DNA from: Fibrobacter sp. | GTDB lineage: Bacteria; Fibrobacterota; Fibrobacteria; Fibrobacterales; Fibrobacteraceae | Assembly (NCBI GenBank): GCA_017503015.1 | Contig: JAFVTX010000031.1 | Coordinates: 14,022-78,021, forward strand | Reading direction: 5' to 3' | DNA length: 64,000 nucleotides | Shown here: positions 28,001 to 35,505 of the stretch, one piece after another | Position numbering within the stretch: position 1 is the first letter of the stretch | Layout: each line of letters begins with the position of its first letter | Program-made: the position numbers and the translations under genes | The notes under the pieces: model-generated | Told to the model about the DNA's origin: nothing | Databases searched by the model: none | The model's input: only the letters and a program-made list of their open reading frames with translations

Positions 28001-29980
28001 GGCATCATAAAAATACTGTCCACCGACCTTGTACAGGCCTGCTGTTACGGCACTCTTGAAATAATTGTCAAACTTGTTATTGTCATTGGACCACATCGGT
28101 ATGGGGAACCAGCCACCACCCTTGTCGCCCTTCCACCCGCTAATGGGAGTTACATCGTACTTTCTCCAGTCGCTAGTGCTATAGGTCTTTTGTTCAAAAG
28201 CGACAAAGCCCGTTTGTGTTTTTGTGTTATCAAAAATGTAATATCTATCGCTGTTTACCGGTCGACCAGAAGGGAAAATACCAGAAACCGTGGCAGTCGT
28301 CCAATCTTCCCAGCCTTTAGAATAGTCGGTCCACTCGTTCAACCCTTCAGAACCATACGTATATGTGATGTATTCCCCATTGTCTTTAGCCAGCTCGCCG
28401 CAAACCAACGGCCCTTCTGTCGGGTTCTTCTTTATAAAATGACCGATATTACTCCCCGGATTCACCCTCTCCCAGTTGTCGGAATTATCACCATAAATTC
28501 TGAACCTCTTGTTTTCCGGACAGCGTTTTTTTCCGGTTTCTGTGTAGGTCTTGCTGGAAAGACTTGAATAATCTGACGACGCGCGGGCTGATTTGATATA
28601 GACCTCGGAGCCGGACGTACCCATAACTATCTGGTCGTAATTATCCGTATTTTCCTGGAAATTATTTATTCTGACTACGCTTTCCGTAGCGCATCCGATA
28701 AAGTCCTCATCTCCATAGTTACAGGATTTTGTACCCGTTAGCACGCATCCGATATTTTCTTTTTCGACCCAATACAGGTTATTACCGTTTGTCTTATAAT
28801 TCCTTGCACAAGCATAAGTCTTACCTCCATTATACCAGTCGTAATCCTTGCACTGGCATGAAGAATACGCCTGACATGTGCAACCACTTCTAGCTGTAGT
28901 CTTGGCCGTACTACCCCAACCCAGGGGTTGCTTTCCCGGCATCCATACATTGCCTTCCACAACAAAAGTACTATTGTTGTTAAAATGAAGAACTACCGCA
29001 CCGTCTTCATCAACACAGAGGTTTCCTTTTATCTTGGCTTTTTTTGACCTGTCATACGAAGACATGTATCCCTTTAAGGTAACATTGCTATCTATTAGCA
29101 AATTATAGTTAGCATCAGTAGTTATGCCTGTGGCCCCGAGGATGACATCTCCACTAAAGTAGGCGCTCCCCGACAGATCAAAGGAACTTGCGGTGGGGAT
29201 TCCTGCATCCTTACCCACAAACAAATCTTTGCCCTTAATACCGTCGTTTTGTGCAGAGAGATTCCCGCCAATACAGGTAAGCTCGCCCAGATTCATGCCG
29301 GATCCGCTCAAATTTGCGTTTCCCGTGACAATCCAGTTACTCGTTGCTGTCGGCGGGTTCACGCCTGTTTCTTCAGTACCCCAGTTTCCATTTACTACGG
29401 CCGACTCATAGTCCGTCCCCGTTCCCGAAACACCGCCTCCAAAGTATGAGTAGTCAAAGTCAGGAGGATCACCATCGTATTCCTCCTGTACCGTGGGTTT
29501 GTCTACCTGGTAAAGACCCGATATATTGAGAATGGCCACCTCGGTGTGCCTGGCTAATCCGTCCCGAGAAATGCCTTCAGAGAGAATTTTCACCTTGTAC
29601 AAGCCGTTTTGTGTAGTTACACCTGTGACCCACACATGGTGGTCCTGGGTCCCCCCCTGGACAAAGCTCCTTATCTGGTTATCCAGGTTGATTGGTTTCT
29701 TTTGGGACTTCGGTTCGTCAGTATTCAAATCATAGATGTACTGCCTAATAAGGGCTCCCACATCGTTGGCGTGGAATGTCATCCAAGCGCGAGTATTCTC
29801 GATACCCGCTACGGCACTCTGGTAGGCCTCCCGCTGCATCATACGGCTGGCACTGGAGTGGCCCTCGCTGGTAATCCACTTGTAGGTGGCGGTGGCCGCG
29901 ATGGTGGCCACCAGCATGAACATGAGAACGGTGACTAAGGAGACACCCGCTCTTTTCTTGTTTTTCATTCCAAATTTCAT
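22064..29980 (-). CDS. Giant PilX-N-terminal-domain protein (2638 aa), left cassette; candidate pilus-tip adhesin
   Basis: N-terminus KKRAGVSLVTVLMFMLVATIAATATYKWITSEGHSSASRMMQREAYQSAVAGIENTRAWM is PilX_N-like. Strong RBS AGGAGGGAATTATG. Very Cys-rich, with many Ig-like repeats. Paralog of 38082-45227. Confidence 0.8.
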   Translation of the reverse strand: MKFGMKNKKRAGVSLVTVLMFMLVATIAATATYKWITSEGHSSASRMMQREAYQSAVAGIENTRAWMTFHANDVGALIRQYIYDLNTDEPKSQKKPINLDNQIRSFVQGGTQDHHVWVTGVTTQNGLYKVKILSEGISRDGLARHTEVAILNISGLYQVDKPTVQEEYDGDPPDFDYSYFGGGVSGTGTDYESAVVNGNWGTEETGVNPPTATSNWIVTGNANLSGSGMNLGELTCIGGNLSAQNDGIKGKDLFVGKDAGIPTASSFDLSGSAYFSGDVILGATGITTDANYNLLIDSNVTLKGYMSSYDRSKKAKIKGNLCVDEDGAVVLHFNNNSTFVVEGNVWMPGKQPLGWGSTAKTTARSGCTCQAYSSCQCKDYDWYNGGKTYACARNYKTNGNNLYWVEKENIGCVLTGTKSCNYGDEDFIGCATESVVRINNFQENTDNYDQIVMGTSGSEVYIKSARASSDYSSLSSKTYTETGKKRCPENKRFRIYGDNSDNWERVNPGSNIGHFIKKNPTEGPLVCGELAKDNGEYITYTYGSEGLNEWTDYSKGWEDWTTATVSGIFPSGRPVNSDRYYIFDNTKTQTGFVAFEQKTYSTSDWRKYDVTPISGWKGDKGGGWFPIPMWSNDNNKFDNYFKSAVTAGLYKVGGQYFYDATNATYNFYNYEESRITGSPFCKSSSGDANRPTCGVNPWFKIGGNMHNKSDWVAKPDFACGDAVEEKCRKIWGNKLTTQKCGADYFVDDPIEIPLDELESFAESKNACPTATGWNSTLVDSLNACYSRLYLDSTSRANKLYNKEYLVVKIPGAMNNISGTLVGKFVIIVKDQITAQNSLITASDNGIMGTSDPGSFVLLYLKKGADKLSTSATIKHVFIFMDTDQGFSEGSKIKLTGTLYFPAAKCANNRFENAAFVTDRELLKDLGKNGIVCDKGKPCGADAVNAAAAAAGGNTQAVFKSAGKDPYYISMAPQLGVTLETQYESSEMVPVVDAANGISPLSQSFIVLPRIIYLTKDPYGKLIDYFNVLPLNGANVSKATASYSCSPSLNISSNLVSGDAKLDEGLYTCTASADGYKSVPFYVWVKGSQSAAPPVNFLEPSANLTAGAPHEVKINLPPHSNEINVKVHRSSVPSGWTLQVKDNVEPENDVYTFHFGVDVNHQTPTLFTLTPAGDASNGSVTFTLQPGDAYQLASPWTSTLLMASTASLTRCNVSDINDIKDFCNKSENADLCPENSMINAWPDCPIINSTSKEWVKPSWSPGYSTETRNSLWNVVTSGTGTLSLTEGDDAGECVVIIPEASKSAPIEVNENISLCATAKAKLRKIGIKFTGSIVGSPKVTVVAGGHTTDCDYVNKDVVCPVSVFDGDSVFISIDRDLYKDFNYWTCDNNGGMTCPTTDPISSAKFSASEDKNGFTVKDNNAIIYAHFGENDNHCFFDEFRKTAQHNDRHACSKPGETETAYCIGSGASAKWSFASGHISDTTYVERDPYQGYIVASKDAPKEGVKIMSTVHAGIHGTLKALFQPPHATSSYGKDSPRIKNSGFLFRAEDDGSSFWRLNVYENTSGHLAARVCLDAAGSCSAEVELAKDNYSKASVTTSSMVMLSVTLKGSDSLKIKAITDNFYSSSVFEESDYYKAVFILSSIGNNHAIMNYQYVGFSLADRDFKIYGIGWQSDDYGSECFDGPPSVKCSFAAVAVDGVVPTYGTGLGQSNDYQRPWVGHSGWFDSKDCSVSYSYVAGSATNDATVDSENGYYFDESGVGAHGYRDNNDQDVKTAYATLANCKYAKTDVLAWESTVDPAHCGPFWTGKFNECQADVSLLANERSVIAGETYTPTFTPAKDLRGIKDLAITLSNDYADVDLEVWLISNSAAWGGEDHESRHVRITGSGSTITKHFSVAASTSAYEDFADNAAGFDPENIVAMSFRNNGSNPVTITSAEALCKNSVRFDGCTVTRAGETEWKVTLSVPENADKLAKVRLKADVNGASYLSDIERDYAGLEYGIADPGAFANAGKTYTFSAQVYSELNNYTSEWVACTCPGNDCSIGSITCGDATLQHNKMNASNEIEYGEGNPEYSFELSGCPTKGCAYEVYLNGTKISECTNAQAASTGCSKNPHVVGPTQMAVSDNLYKYEVRNPAGSATEIKSLDACDQTFKVVEHVKDPVTCSITSGTTNASAADLGGSAEIPSNKISVSCPEGTCTYTVKENGSTVGSGTYSDTYGFSISNGAIEAGSHTYTASVTRDSEGAVDCSGSYTINYPLNLDCDSWTDPGASTPVAAGTTITPVKTKAGSSNTSYTGCGGNCTYNITKGGTSVYGGEVSSYDGYSATNTFTDANGSGKVTYTLTVSHPDVATTKSCNFDVTYASPTSVCHCADYCGSGCENNIVTGNIDQNPFTGCVFVASATRLDVNQGYTVNGSTPSNGQLCYDNATNCANALANYTAVDGGWYFNIANKYVSIRSSGYNPCAPIVAPSISSCPTVQVGIGKSASITPVAPACFALEECNYSIKKSGVSIASGTWRSGKISFTDAGATSAGNITYSLTLTNSKGSDSENCTVGYLGPISLTNGSSNVDVPCGVDIKAKATCSGNVVISCSGAFYKTVGTQSADKNNTLNYYAAWQNLNNTYTTSCDTDGVMKCSIGCW

Positions 29981-29989
29981 AATTCCCTC

Positions 29990-31366
29990 CTAGTCGCGGG
30001 GTCCGTTGCTTGGGATAGGTATAACTACAATAGTTTCGCCGGTTTCTCCCGCGCCTCGAGTAATCTGCAGCGACAGCTGCAAAGCCTTGATGTTCTGCTT
30101 GTCGGCCTTATGTGCTTCCGGGTTGTAAGCCGTTTCAAAACTGTAGTTCAAGCCGGGTACTTCCGTAACCTTCAGGTTCTTGATTTTCAGTATCGCCTGA
30201 GAAGCCTTCGGCGAATAGCAGGCAAAGGTAAATGCAATGCAGCCAGAAACATCTGTCGGTACGGTGAACCTCATATTACGCTTGCCTGTTCCTTGTGAGT
30301 TATACGGTGGAAAAAACAAAAAGTCGTCGAGCATTCTCTTTGGCGGGTCAGCGGCAGCGTCCATCAGGTAATTACCGTTAATATCCCTGAGCCCAACGGA
30401 CATGTGGTCCTCGCCAGGCACAAAGACCTGCAAGGGTATGTTGGGATCCGAGGACATGTTGGTAAAGGGTATTTCGAAGGATATCTCGTATGTGTGCCCC
30501 TTTTGGAATGTAATCAGACCCAGATTTTGGCAGTATTCCTTCCAAGATCCCGCATCGCCGCTTGATATAACAGCGAATGCCTGGTTCATGTTGTTATGGT
30601 CGGACTTGAGCTGTCCCTGGGCGTTGTCATAGTTGGTATAGAACTGCGAAAGCGTAATCTCTTCTCCAGCCCCCATTTCTTCTTTGCCATCGTTTTCCGA
30701 CTTGAAGTTGAAGAAATGCTCGTCGCCAGTCCTTGGTATCAGGCGGAACGAGTTCCCAGGAGTCGGGAAAATCTGCTCCTCGGCCCCGGTTACGGGGTTC
30801 GGAGCCACAACCTGGAACAACCCCACATTCGTTGAAATTTCCACAGCATCTGCGCGGGCCGCATCGGCGCTCCTTGACGGACACGCCTCTTCGGCCTCGC
30901 CCGAAACCGTACGACAACTGCGTTTAAGAACCTGGCCCTCATCAACAAACCAGCAAATCTCTTCCACAGCCTTGTAAAGGCCGTTGGCATCATAACGGGC
31001 CCGCCTAAAGTACAGAACACTCTGCCCATTAAGGGGAATCGTATCTATAAAGAATGAGGAAGAATCCCCGCTGGCCTTGTCCCAATAGACATCATCATAA
31101 ATACTGCTAAAGTTGTCACCAAAGGAACTTCCATCAGTGGCATCGCCCGCCTCTTTTGAACTCTTTGCCCCCATCTGAGATGCATCTGCTTTAAAAAGCG
31201 TTGCTACATTCTCGACCTCCTGGGTGGCCTTGAGGATATTCTGGGTGCGCACACGGAACTTGGTGGAGTCGCTGAAGGCGCGCCCCGCCACGATGACAAT
31301 AATGCCGAGGATGGCCATATAGACCATCAGTTCCATGAGGGTGAACCCGTTCTTGCGTCTAATCAT
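29990..31366 (-). CDS. PilW/GspJ-like minor pilin, left cassette
   Basis: Prepilin leader and cleavage/methylation motif MIRRKNG|FTLMELMVYMAILGIIVIVAG with Glu at +5. Position after the PilV-like gene, with an ATGA overlap. Confidence 0.75.
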   Translation of the reverse strand: MIRRKNGFTLMELMVYMAILGIIVIVAGRAFSDSTKFRVRTQNILKATQEVENVATLFKADASQMGAKSSKEAGDATDGSSFGDNFSSIYDDVYWDKASGDSSSFFIDTIPLNGQSVLYFRRARYDANGLYKAVEEICWFVDEGQVLKRSCRTVSGEAEEACPSRSADAARADAVEISTNVGLFQVVAPNPVTGAEEQIFPTPGNSFRLIPRTGDEHFFNFKSENDGKEEMGAGEEITLSQFYTNYDNAQGQLKSDHNNMNQAFAVISSGDAGSWKEYCQNLGLITFQKGHTYEISFEIPFTNMSSDPNIPLQVFVPGEDHMSVGLRDINGNYLMDAAADPPKRMLDDFLFFPPYNSQGTGKRNMRFTVPTDVSGCIAFTFACYSPKASQAILKIKNLKVTEVPGLNYSFETAYNPEAHKADKQNIKALQLSLQITRGAGETGETIVVIPIPSNGPRD

Positions 31367-31872
31367 CTGATTACCCCCGAAACTGAAATGGACTGGATGG
31401 AACCTTTGTAGGGCCAGCTAACCGTGACATTGACCCGCTTGGCGTAAACATGAGCAGCGCCATTTTCACCCACAAGAAGGCTACTCGAATTCGCCTCAAA
31501 TGTTTCGTCGCCGGAAACTTTTACATTGACTGTGTAAGTAATGCTTATGTTGTGTTGCACAATTCCTGGCTGACCTTTCCACTCCTGGACAATTTCTTGC
31601 GGAGGAAGGCTCCAAGTCCCGTCCTCGTTGTTGGTGAGGTGAGCGTCCGTAAAGCTCGCAAGCCCCTTGGAACTCAAATCGTCAATCACATTTTGGGCCA
31701 CCTCGGTAGCGCCATCGCGGCCACGGATACGCAACAAGGCGTCACGGTTGCCCGTCTGCAGGTTGCAGACCGCGGTGTACAGAAGTCCAAGCACCAGTGC
31801 CGCAACAATGACCTCCATGATGCCAAAACCGCGCTTGGGCTTGCACAAAACTGGTAAACGCTGAACGAACAT
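31363..31872 (-). CDS. PilV/GspI-like minor pilin, left cassette
   Basis: MFVQRLPVLCKPKRG|FGIMEVIVAALVLGLLY. The ATG at 31872 is chosen by comparison with the paralog; the ORF track start is 31911. Confidence 0.7.
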   Translation of the reverse strand: MFVQRLPVLCKPKRGFGIMEVIVAALVLGLLYTAVCNLQTGNRDALLRIRGRDGATEVAQNVIDDLSSKGLASFTDAHLTNNEDGTWSLPPQEIVQEWKGQPGIVQHNISITYTVNVKVSGDETFEANSSSLLVGENGAAHVYAKRVNVTVSWPYKGSIQSISVSGVIR

Positions 31873-31882
31873 TGTGGCCTCC

Positions 31883-32422
31883 CTATAGCTTCGACCAGTC
31901 ATCCGATCCACTCTTCAACTTGGATATAAACACATTTTTAGTCCTTTCTTTAACCGCGGCTGCATACAAGTCGCGGTCGCCATATTTCACCACTATGTAA
32001 CCCTCGTAAGGGGCGGTAGAAAGTCCTGGACGCGGGATAAAGGATGCCTGGGCTTCCGTCGAAGATACTAGGTTATAGCCATCAAGCCCACCAAAATCAC
32101 TAGTGATAATCGAGGACTGAGCATCAAGCACCAAACTATCGATAGGGGTGTCGAAATTGCCAGAGGCACACGACGCTCTGTAAGTTTTGAGCATTCTGTC
32201 CCCGTCATTTCGGACGCACAGAGAATCGTTAATCTGGCGAGCCTTGTTGGCAACCATTTCTAGGTAGGCCGCTACATTGAGAGCCGAATCCTTGGTTCGA
32301 GCATTAGCCACCGCACTTTGAAACCCGACCACACCCATGCCCGATAGGATGCCCATAATAGAAATCACCGCCAGTAACTCGACCAGCGTGTATCCCGCTT
32401 TTTTATGTGGTTTGCTCTGCAT
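31883..32422 (-). CDS. GspH/FimT-FimU-like minor pilin, left cassette
   Basis: MQSKPHKKAG|YTLVELLAVISIMGIL followed by ALNVAAYLEMVANKARQ (GspH/FimT-like helix). ATG at 32422; the ORF track start 32446 is a GTG inside the conserved leader. Confidence 0.7.
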   Translation of the reverse strand: MQSKPHKKAGYTLVELLAVISIMGILSGMGVVGFQSAVANARTKDSALNVAAYLEMVANKARQINDSLCVRNDGDRMLKTYRASCASGNFDTPIDSLVLDAQSSIITSDFGGLDGYNLVSSTEAQASFIPRPGLSTAPYEGYIVVKYGDRDLYAAAVKERTKNVFISKLKSGSDDWSKL

Positions 32423-32520
32423 ATACAGTTCCCTATTCAAAATCACCCTACGACCAAAAACTGGGTGGGCACACCTCCCTAAGCCCGGAAACCCAGTTTC
32501 CCTTCCTGCTTAAAATAGCT
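32413..32520. repeat. Inner inverted repeat, left copy (leader plus first 3 codons of the left cassette)
   Basis: The reverse complement matches 35554-35661 with 2 mismatches in 108 nt by hand alignment (90 nt uninterrupted). Identity stops abruptly at both ends. Confidence 0.9.
32456..32502 (-). promoter_or_regulatory. Identical leader hairpin and T-run in the left cassette 5' leader
   Basis: Mirror copy of 35572-35618 within the inner inverted repeat. Confidence 0.45.
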
Positions 32521-32528
32521 TTTTTTTT
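32520..32528. repeat. T9 (A9 on the coding strand) homopolymer at the inner edge of the left inverted repeat
   Basis: In cassette orientation: gcgAAAAAAAAAgcTATTTTAAGC. An A-tract directly upstream of a TAT-rich -10-like box. The right-hand copy lacks the tract (acatacaagcTATTTTAAGC). Confidence 0.8.
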
Positions 32529-32560
32529 CGCAAATAGTTCACATTTTTTTACAAAGGGGA

Positions 32561-32590
32561 CAAAAACCGCCTTTTCGAGGTAAAAAAGGC
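32561..32590 (-). terminator. Terminator after the central Rpn gene, insulating it from the left cassette
   Basis: Minus strand: gccttttttacctcgaaaaggc followed by ggtttttg. Confidence 0.6.
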
Positions 32591-32650
32591 AGTTTGTGAC
32601 GAGTGATGGGGTGGAATACGCTTGTTTAACGCAAGAAATGCGTCAAATGT

Positions 32651-33610
32651 TTATTTTAGCGCTTCTGCTTTGGCGATAATGCTCTTGGAAACGCCCTGGG
32701 ACCGGAGCAGTTCAATCACTTTGTCTATTCCTTTCTCCATTCCTTTCTCCATTCCTTTCTCCATTCCCTTTTTCATGCCTGCACGACGGCCTGCCCGCTC
32801 TGCGGCACGTCGAGCATCGCCGGCACTTACAAATCCCAGTCTTTGTCCTATGCTTTTCCATGCCATCTGCAATTCCTCCAGGCTTTCCTCGTCGATGAAC
32901 TCTCCTAAATATAAATTAATTTTGTCAAGAAAGACATTCTTGCCGTAATTCCCCAACATCCAAAGACGCTCTCCTATGGCTCGCGCCAAGTCTGACAGTC
33001 CTCGCTTATCAAAGGCATATTTCAGTATAAGCGCTCCAATCGCTGCTTCCACATTGTCGTCGGCGAGACACGATTCATCGTTCAGTTCAGACATGTTCAC
33101 CATCACGAGTTCAAACGGAAGATCTTTTCCCTGAAATTTTGCGCGATTCTTACGCTTGAAGGCTGCCACCGGGTCCCAGCTTCGTTTTCCGTTGTAGATT
33201 ATTATCGCTTTGGTCGGATACCAGCGGAATTCCGGGTCGTTTTTGTTTACCATTACATTGAACGCATATCGCCCCACCTGGTCGAGAAGTGCTCTGTCGG
33301 AAGCGGACTTGTGTTCTAACAGGATTCCCACGAACACATCTTTGCCCCTATACGCCTTCGCCGTGAACGCGAGATCCGATTCGCCCTTCTCGCCAACTTC
33401 GTTGTAAAAGCCGGGAAACAGCGTAAGTGTGTCGAGGTTCACGTCTTCGAGCATGGCATCTAGCTCCCTGTTGGCTTCACGTGCAAGGGTCAGGAGAGTC
33501 TTTGCGTTGGTCGGTTTGGAATAGATGTAACGGAAGAACCCGTCATGGTTCCTTCTTGTTGGATTGTTGCGTTTCTTCAAGTTTCTTGAATCCACCTGCT
33601 TGTTATTCAT
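32651..33610 (-). CDS. Rpn family recombination-promoting nuclease / putative transposase (YhgA-like)
   Basis: N-terminus ...RRNHDGFFRYIYSKPTNAKTLL resembles the RpnA/YhgA HDxxFK start. ILLEHKS nuclease block. C-terminal (GMEK)x3 repeat. Confidence 0.75.
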   Translation of the reverse strand: MNNKQVDSRNLKKRNNPTRRNHDGFFRYIYSKPTNAKTLLTLAREANRELDAMLEDVNLDTLTLFPGFYNEVGEKGESDLAFTAKAYRGKDVFVGILLEHKSASDRALLDQVGRYAFNVMVNKNDPEFRWYPTKAIIIYNGKRSWDPVAAFKRKNRAKFQGKDLPFELVMVNMSELNDESCLADDNVEAAIGALILKYAFDKRGLSDLARAIGERLWMLGNYGKNVFLDKINLYLGEFIDEESLEELQMAWKSIGQRLGFVSAGDARRAAERAGRRAGMKKGMEKGMEKGMEKGIDKVIELLRSQGVSKSIIAKAEALK

Positions 33611-33735
33611 TTCATTGTCGTGTGCGTCCCGTTAAACGGTAGGGCGGAATGGCCCTACATTGTATAAACGCTTTTTTGGGCCAAAACTTGCCTGAAAATT
33701 TTGTTTACGTACGATGTTTTACAAATGAAAGGGGA
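33611..33735 (-). promoter_or_regulatory. Conserved 5' flank shared by Rpn-like genes (copy 3)
   Basis: Plus strand: ggcggaatggccctacattgtataaacgcttttttgggccaaaacttgcctgaaaattttgtttacgtacgatgttttacaaatgaaagg. Confidence 0.45.
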
Positions 33736-33740
33736 TGGCG

Positions 33741-33781
33741 ATGGTAGGGATAGGAGATCCCGGCACTGTGGCCGGGATGAC
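33741..33781. repeat. Hairpin repeat with gatggtagggataggagat leader upstream of the central Rpn gene
   Basis: gatggtagggataggagatcccggcactgtggccgggatgac. The same leader recurs at 46688 and 46749. Confidence 0.75.
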
Positions 33782-34155
33782 AATGAAAGAGCGCGAGTAA
33801 AACGAGGAAGATGTTCGTCATGTTCGTCCTGGAACACTGGTGGTGTGAGCGCTTGCAAATGTTGTTTTTTGAGAATTGGACCTATAAAACGGCGCGTTTT
33901 GCCACTTTTATATGCCCCTGAAATCAAAAAAATGCCTCGGAGTGGCCTTTTTGAGGCATCATGCTCAGAAAAAGGGCCGAAAAACGGTCTGTTTTGACGG
34001 AATTCTGTTAGTTTGTATGGAAAAAGGGCATATAAGAAGACATTTTTCCCAGTTTTATAGGTACATGTCGAACGCACCGCCTTCTTGGAGACATATAAAT
34101 CGCCTCAAAAAACTGGTTTTATAGGTCCGTCGGGAGAAATCGGGGGTGTTAGGGG

Positions 34156-34244
34156 GTCCCGGCACTAGGCCGGGATGACAACCCCCTAGGGGAAGGGGGT
34201 GATGAAAGACACGGCTAGATGGCGGGTCGTGGCCCGCCATGACG
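34156..34244. repeat. Two hairpin repeats upstream of the recombinase gene
   Basis: gtcccggcactaggccgggatgac and ctagatggcgggtcgtggcccgccatgacg. Confidence 0.75.
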
Positions 34245-34345
34245 CCGTGGCTGCAATCAGGGGGAAGGCTTTCCCCCTTTTTTAGGTAGGAAAGAGTCGC
34301 TCCTTTTGGCGAAAAACGGGGATTTTGCGGGTGGTGTGACATTCC

Positions 34346-35356
34346 GTGCACACCGCTTTGCCTATTATTTGGGGCATGGAGTGGAAACGTTTGTCGGTGG
34401 TACAGCGGCACAAGAGTCGCGGGATAAAGACCTGGTACCTCCGGGAAAATTCGGGCGGCGTGATTTCGTACAGGTCGCTGGGGACCACGTGCAAGAGGGT
34501 GGCGGAGGAGTGCCTGCAGAGGCTTCTGGTGCTGCGTTTCGCCATGCCCGGGGAGGTGCTGGAGGGGGTGCCCATGGAGGGTGCTATGCGGGAGTTTCTG
34601 GAGCGTCCGGGCCTGAAAATGGGCAGCGTGGAGCAGTACCGCCGTATTCTGGAGCATTTTTCGGGGTGGTGCAAGGCCCAGCGGGTCCATGACCTGCTTT
34701 CTGTGGACGAGAGGCTCGCGCGGAAGTACTATGCGTCGCTCCGGGGGAAGTCGGCGCGGCACAAGTGTCGCGTGTGCGGGTGCTTTTTGAGCTGGGTTTA
34801 CCGGGAAAATCGGGTGGAGCGGGCCCAGCCTTTCAAATTCGTGGATTTTCGGCGGGTGGCGAAGGTGGAAAGGGACGCCTGGAGTGTCGATGAGGTGGAG
34901 CGCATCGTGGAGACGGCGCCTACGGCCGAGATGCGGATGCTGTGGGCGCTGATGGCCTACGCGGGGCTTCGGGTCCACGAGGCGGCGGGGCTTAGGCAGG
35001 CCGACATTCTGGGGGACCGTTTCCAGGTTGTGGGAAAGGGGGACAAGTTCGCGGTGCTGCCCATAAACGGGCGGCTCCGGCGGGAACTGGAGCGGTTCGG
35101 AAGCCTGGGAGACGGGCTGAAAATCGACAAGCAGAAATCTATTCGTGAAATCAAGAAGGTCTGCGCGCGGCTGAAGATTGAAGGCTGGGCGTCGAACCAC
35201 AAGTTCCGTCACAGTTTCGCGACGAATCTCGCGGCCAGCGGGTGCCCTGTGGCGGTGGCCATGCGGCTGTTGCGGCACAGTTCCAGCGCCATGACGCTGG
35301 ACGTTTATACCCACATTGTGCCCGCCGATATGCGGGAGTGGGCGGAAAAAGTGTAA
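34346..35356 (+). CDS. Tyrosine site-specific recombinase (XerC/D-phage integrase family)
   Basis: Catalytic pattern AGLRVHEA (Arg), HKFRHSFAT (HxxR), LLRHSS and LDVYTHI (Tyr). Alternative ATG start at 34376. Markedly GC-rich relative to its neighbours. Confidence 0.85.
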   Translation: MHTALPIIWGMEWKRLSVVQRHKSRGIKTWYLRENSGGVISYRSLGTTCKRVAEECLQRLLVLRFAMPGEVLEGVPMEGAMREFLERPGLKMGSVEQYRRILEHFSGWCKAQRVHDLLSVDERLARKYYASLRGKSARHKCRVCGCFLSWVYRENRVERAQPFKFVDFRRVAKVERDAWSVDEVERIVETAPTAEMRMLWALMAYAGLRVHEAAGLRQADILGDRFQVVGKGDKFAVLPINGRLRRELERFGSLGDGLKIDKQKSIREIKKVCARLKIEGWASNHKFRHSFATNLAASGCPVAVAMRLLRHSSSAMTLDVYTHIVPADMREWAEKV

Positions 35357-35373
35357 AAGTTGCGCCGAACTGG

Positions 35374-35505
35374 GCGCAAAAATCATGCCAAATACAGGTG
35401 GGCGCGGACCTGGCTCCGGTTAGCTTCGATTAGCTCCGGGTGCAAAAATCGAGCCAAATGCGGATAAACGCGGGTAGGCTCAGACGCAAAAACTGTGCCC
35501 AAATA
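35374..35505 (+). promoter_or_regulatory. Three direct ~20-bp iterons between the recombinase gene and the right inverted repeat
   Basis: gcgcaaaaatcatgccaaata (35374), gtgcaaaaatcgagccaaatg (35440), acgcaaaaactgtgcccaaata (35484). GCAAAAA cores are 66 and 44 bp apart. A weaker copy gcaagaaatgcgtcaaatg lies near 32625-32645. Confidence 0.5.

Noticed and set aside
34055-35386. 443-aa ORF on the minus strand spanning the recombinase region
   Set aside because: It is antisense to the tyrosine recombinase gene, which shows the R...HxxR...Y catalytic pattern. The Pro/Arg/His-rich product is explained by the high GC content.
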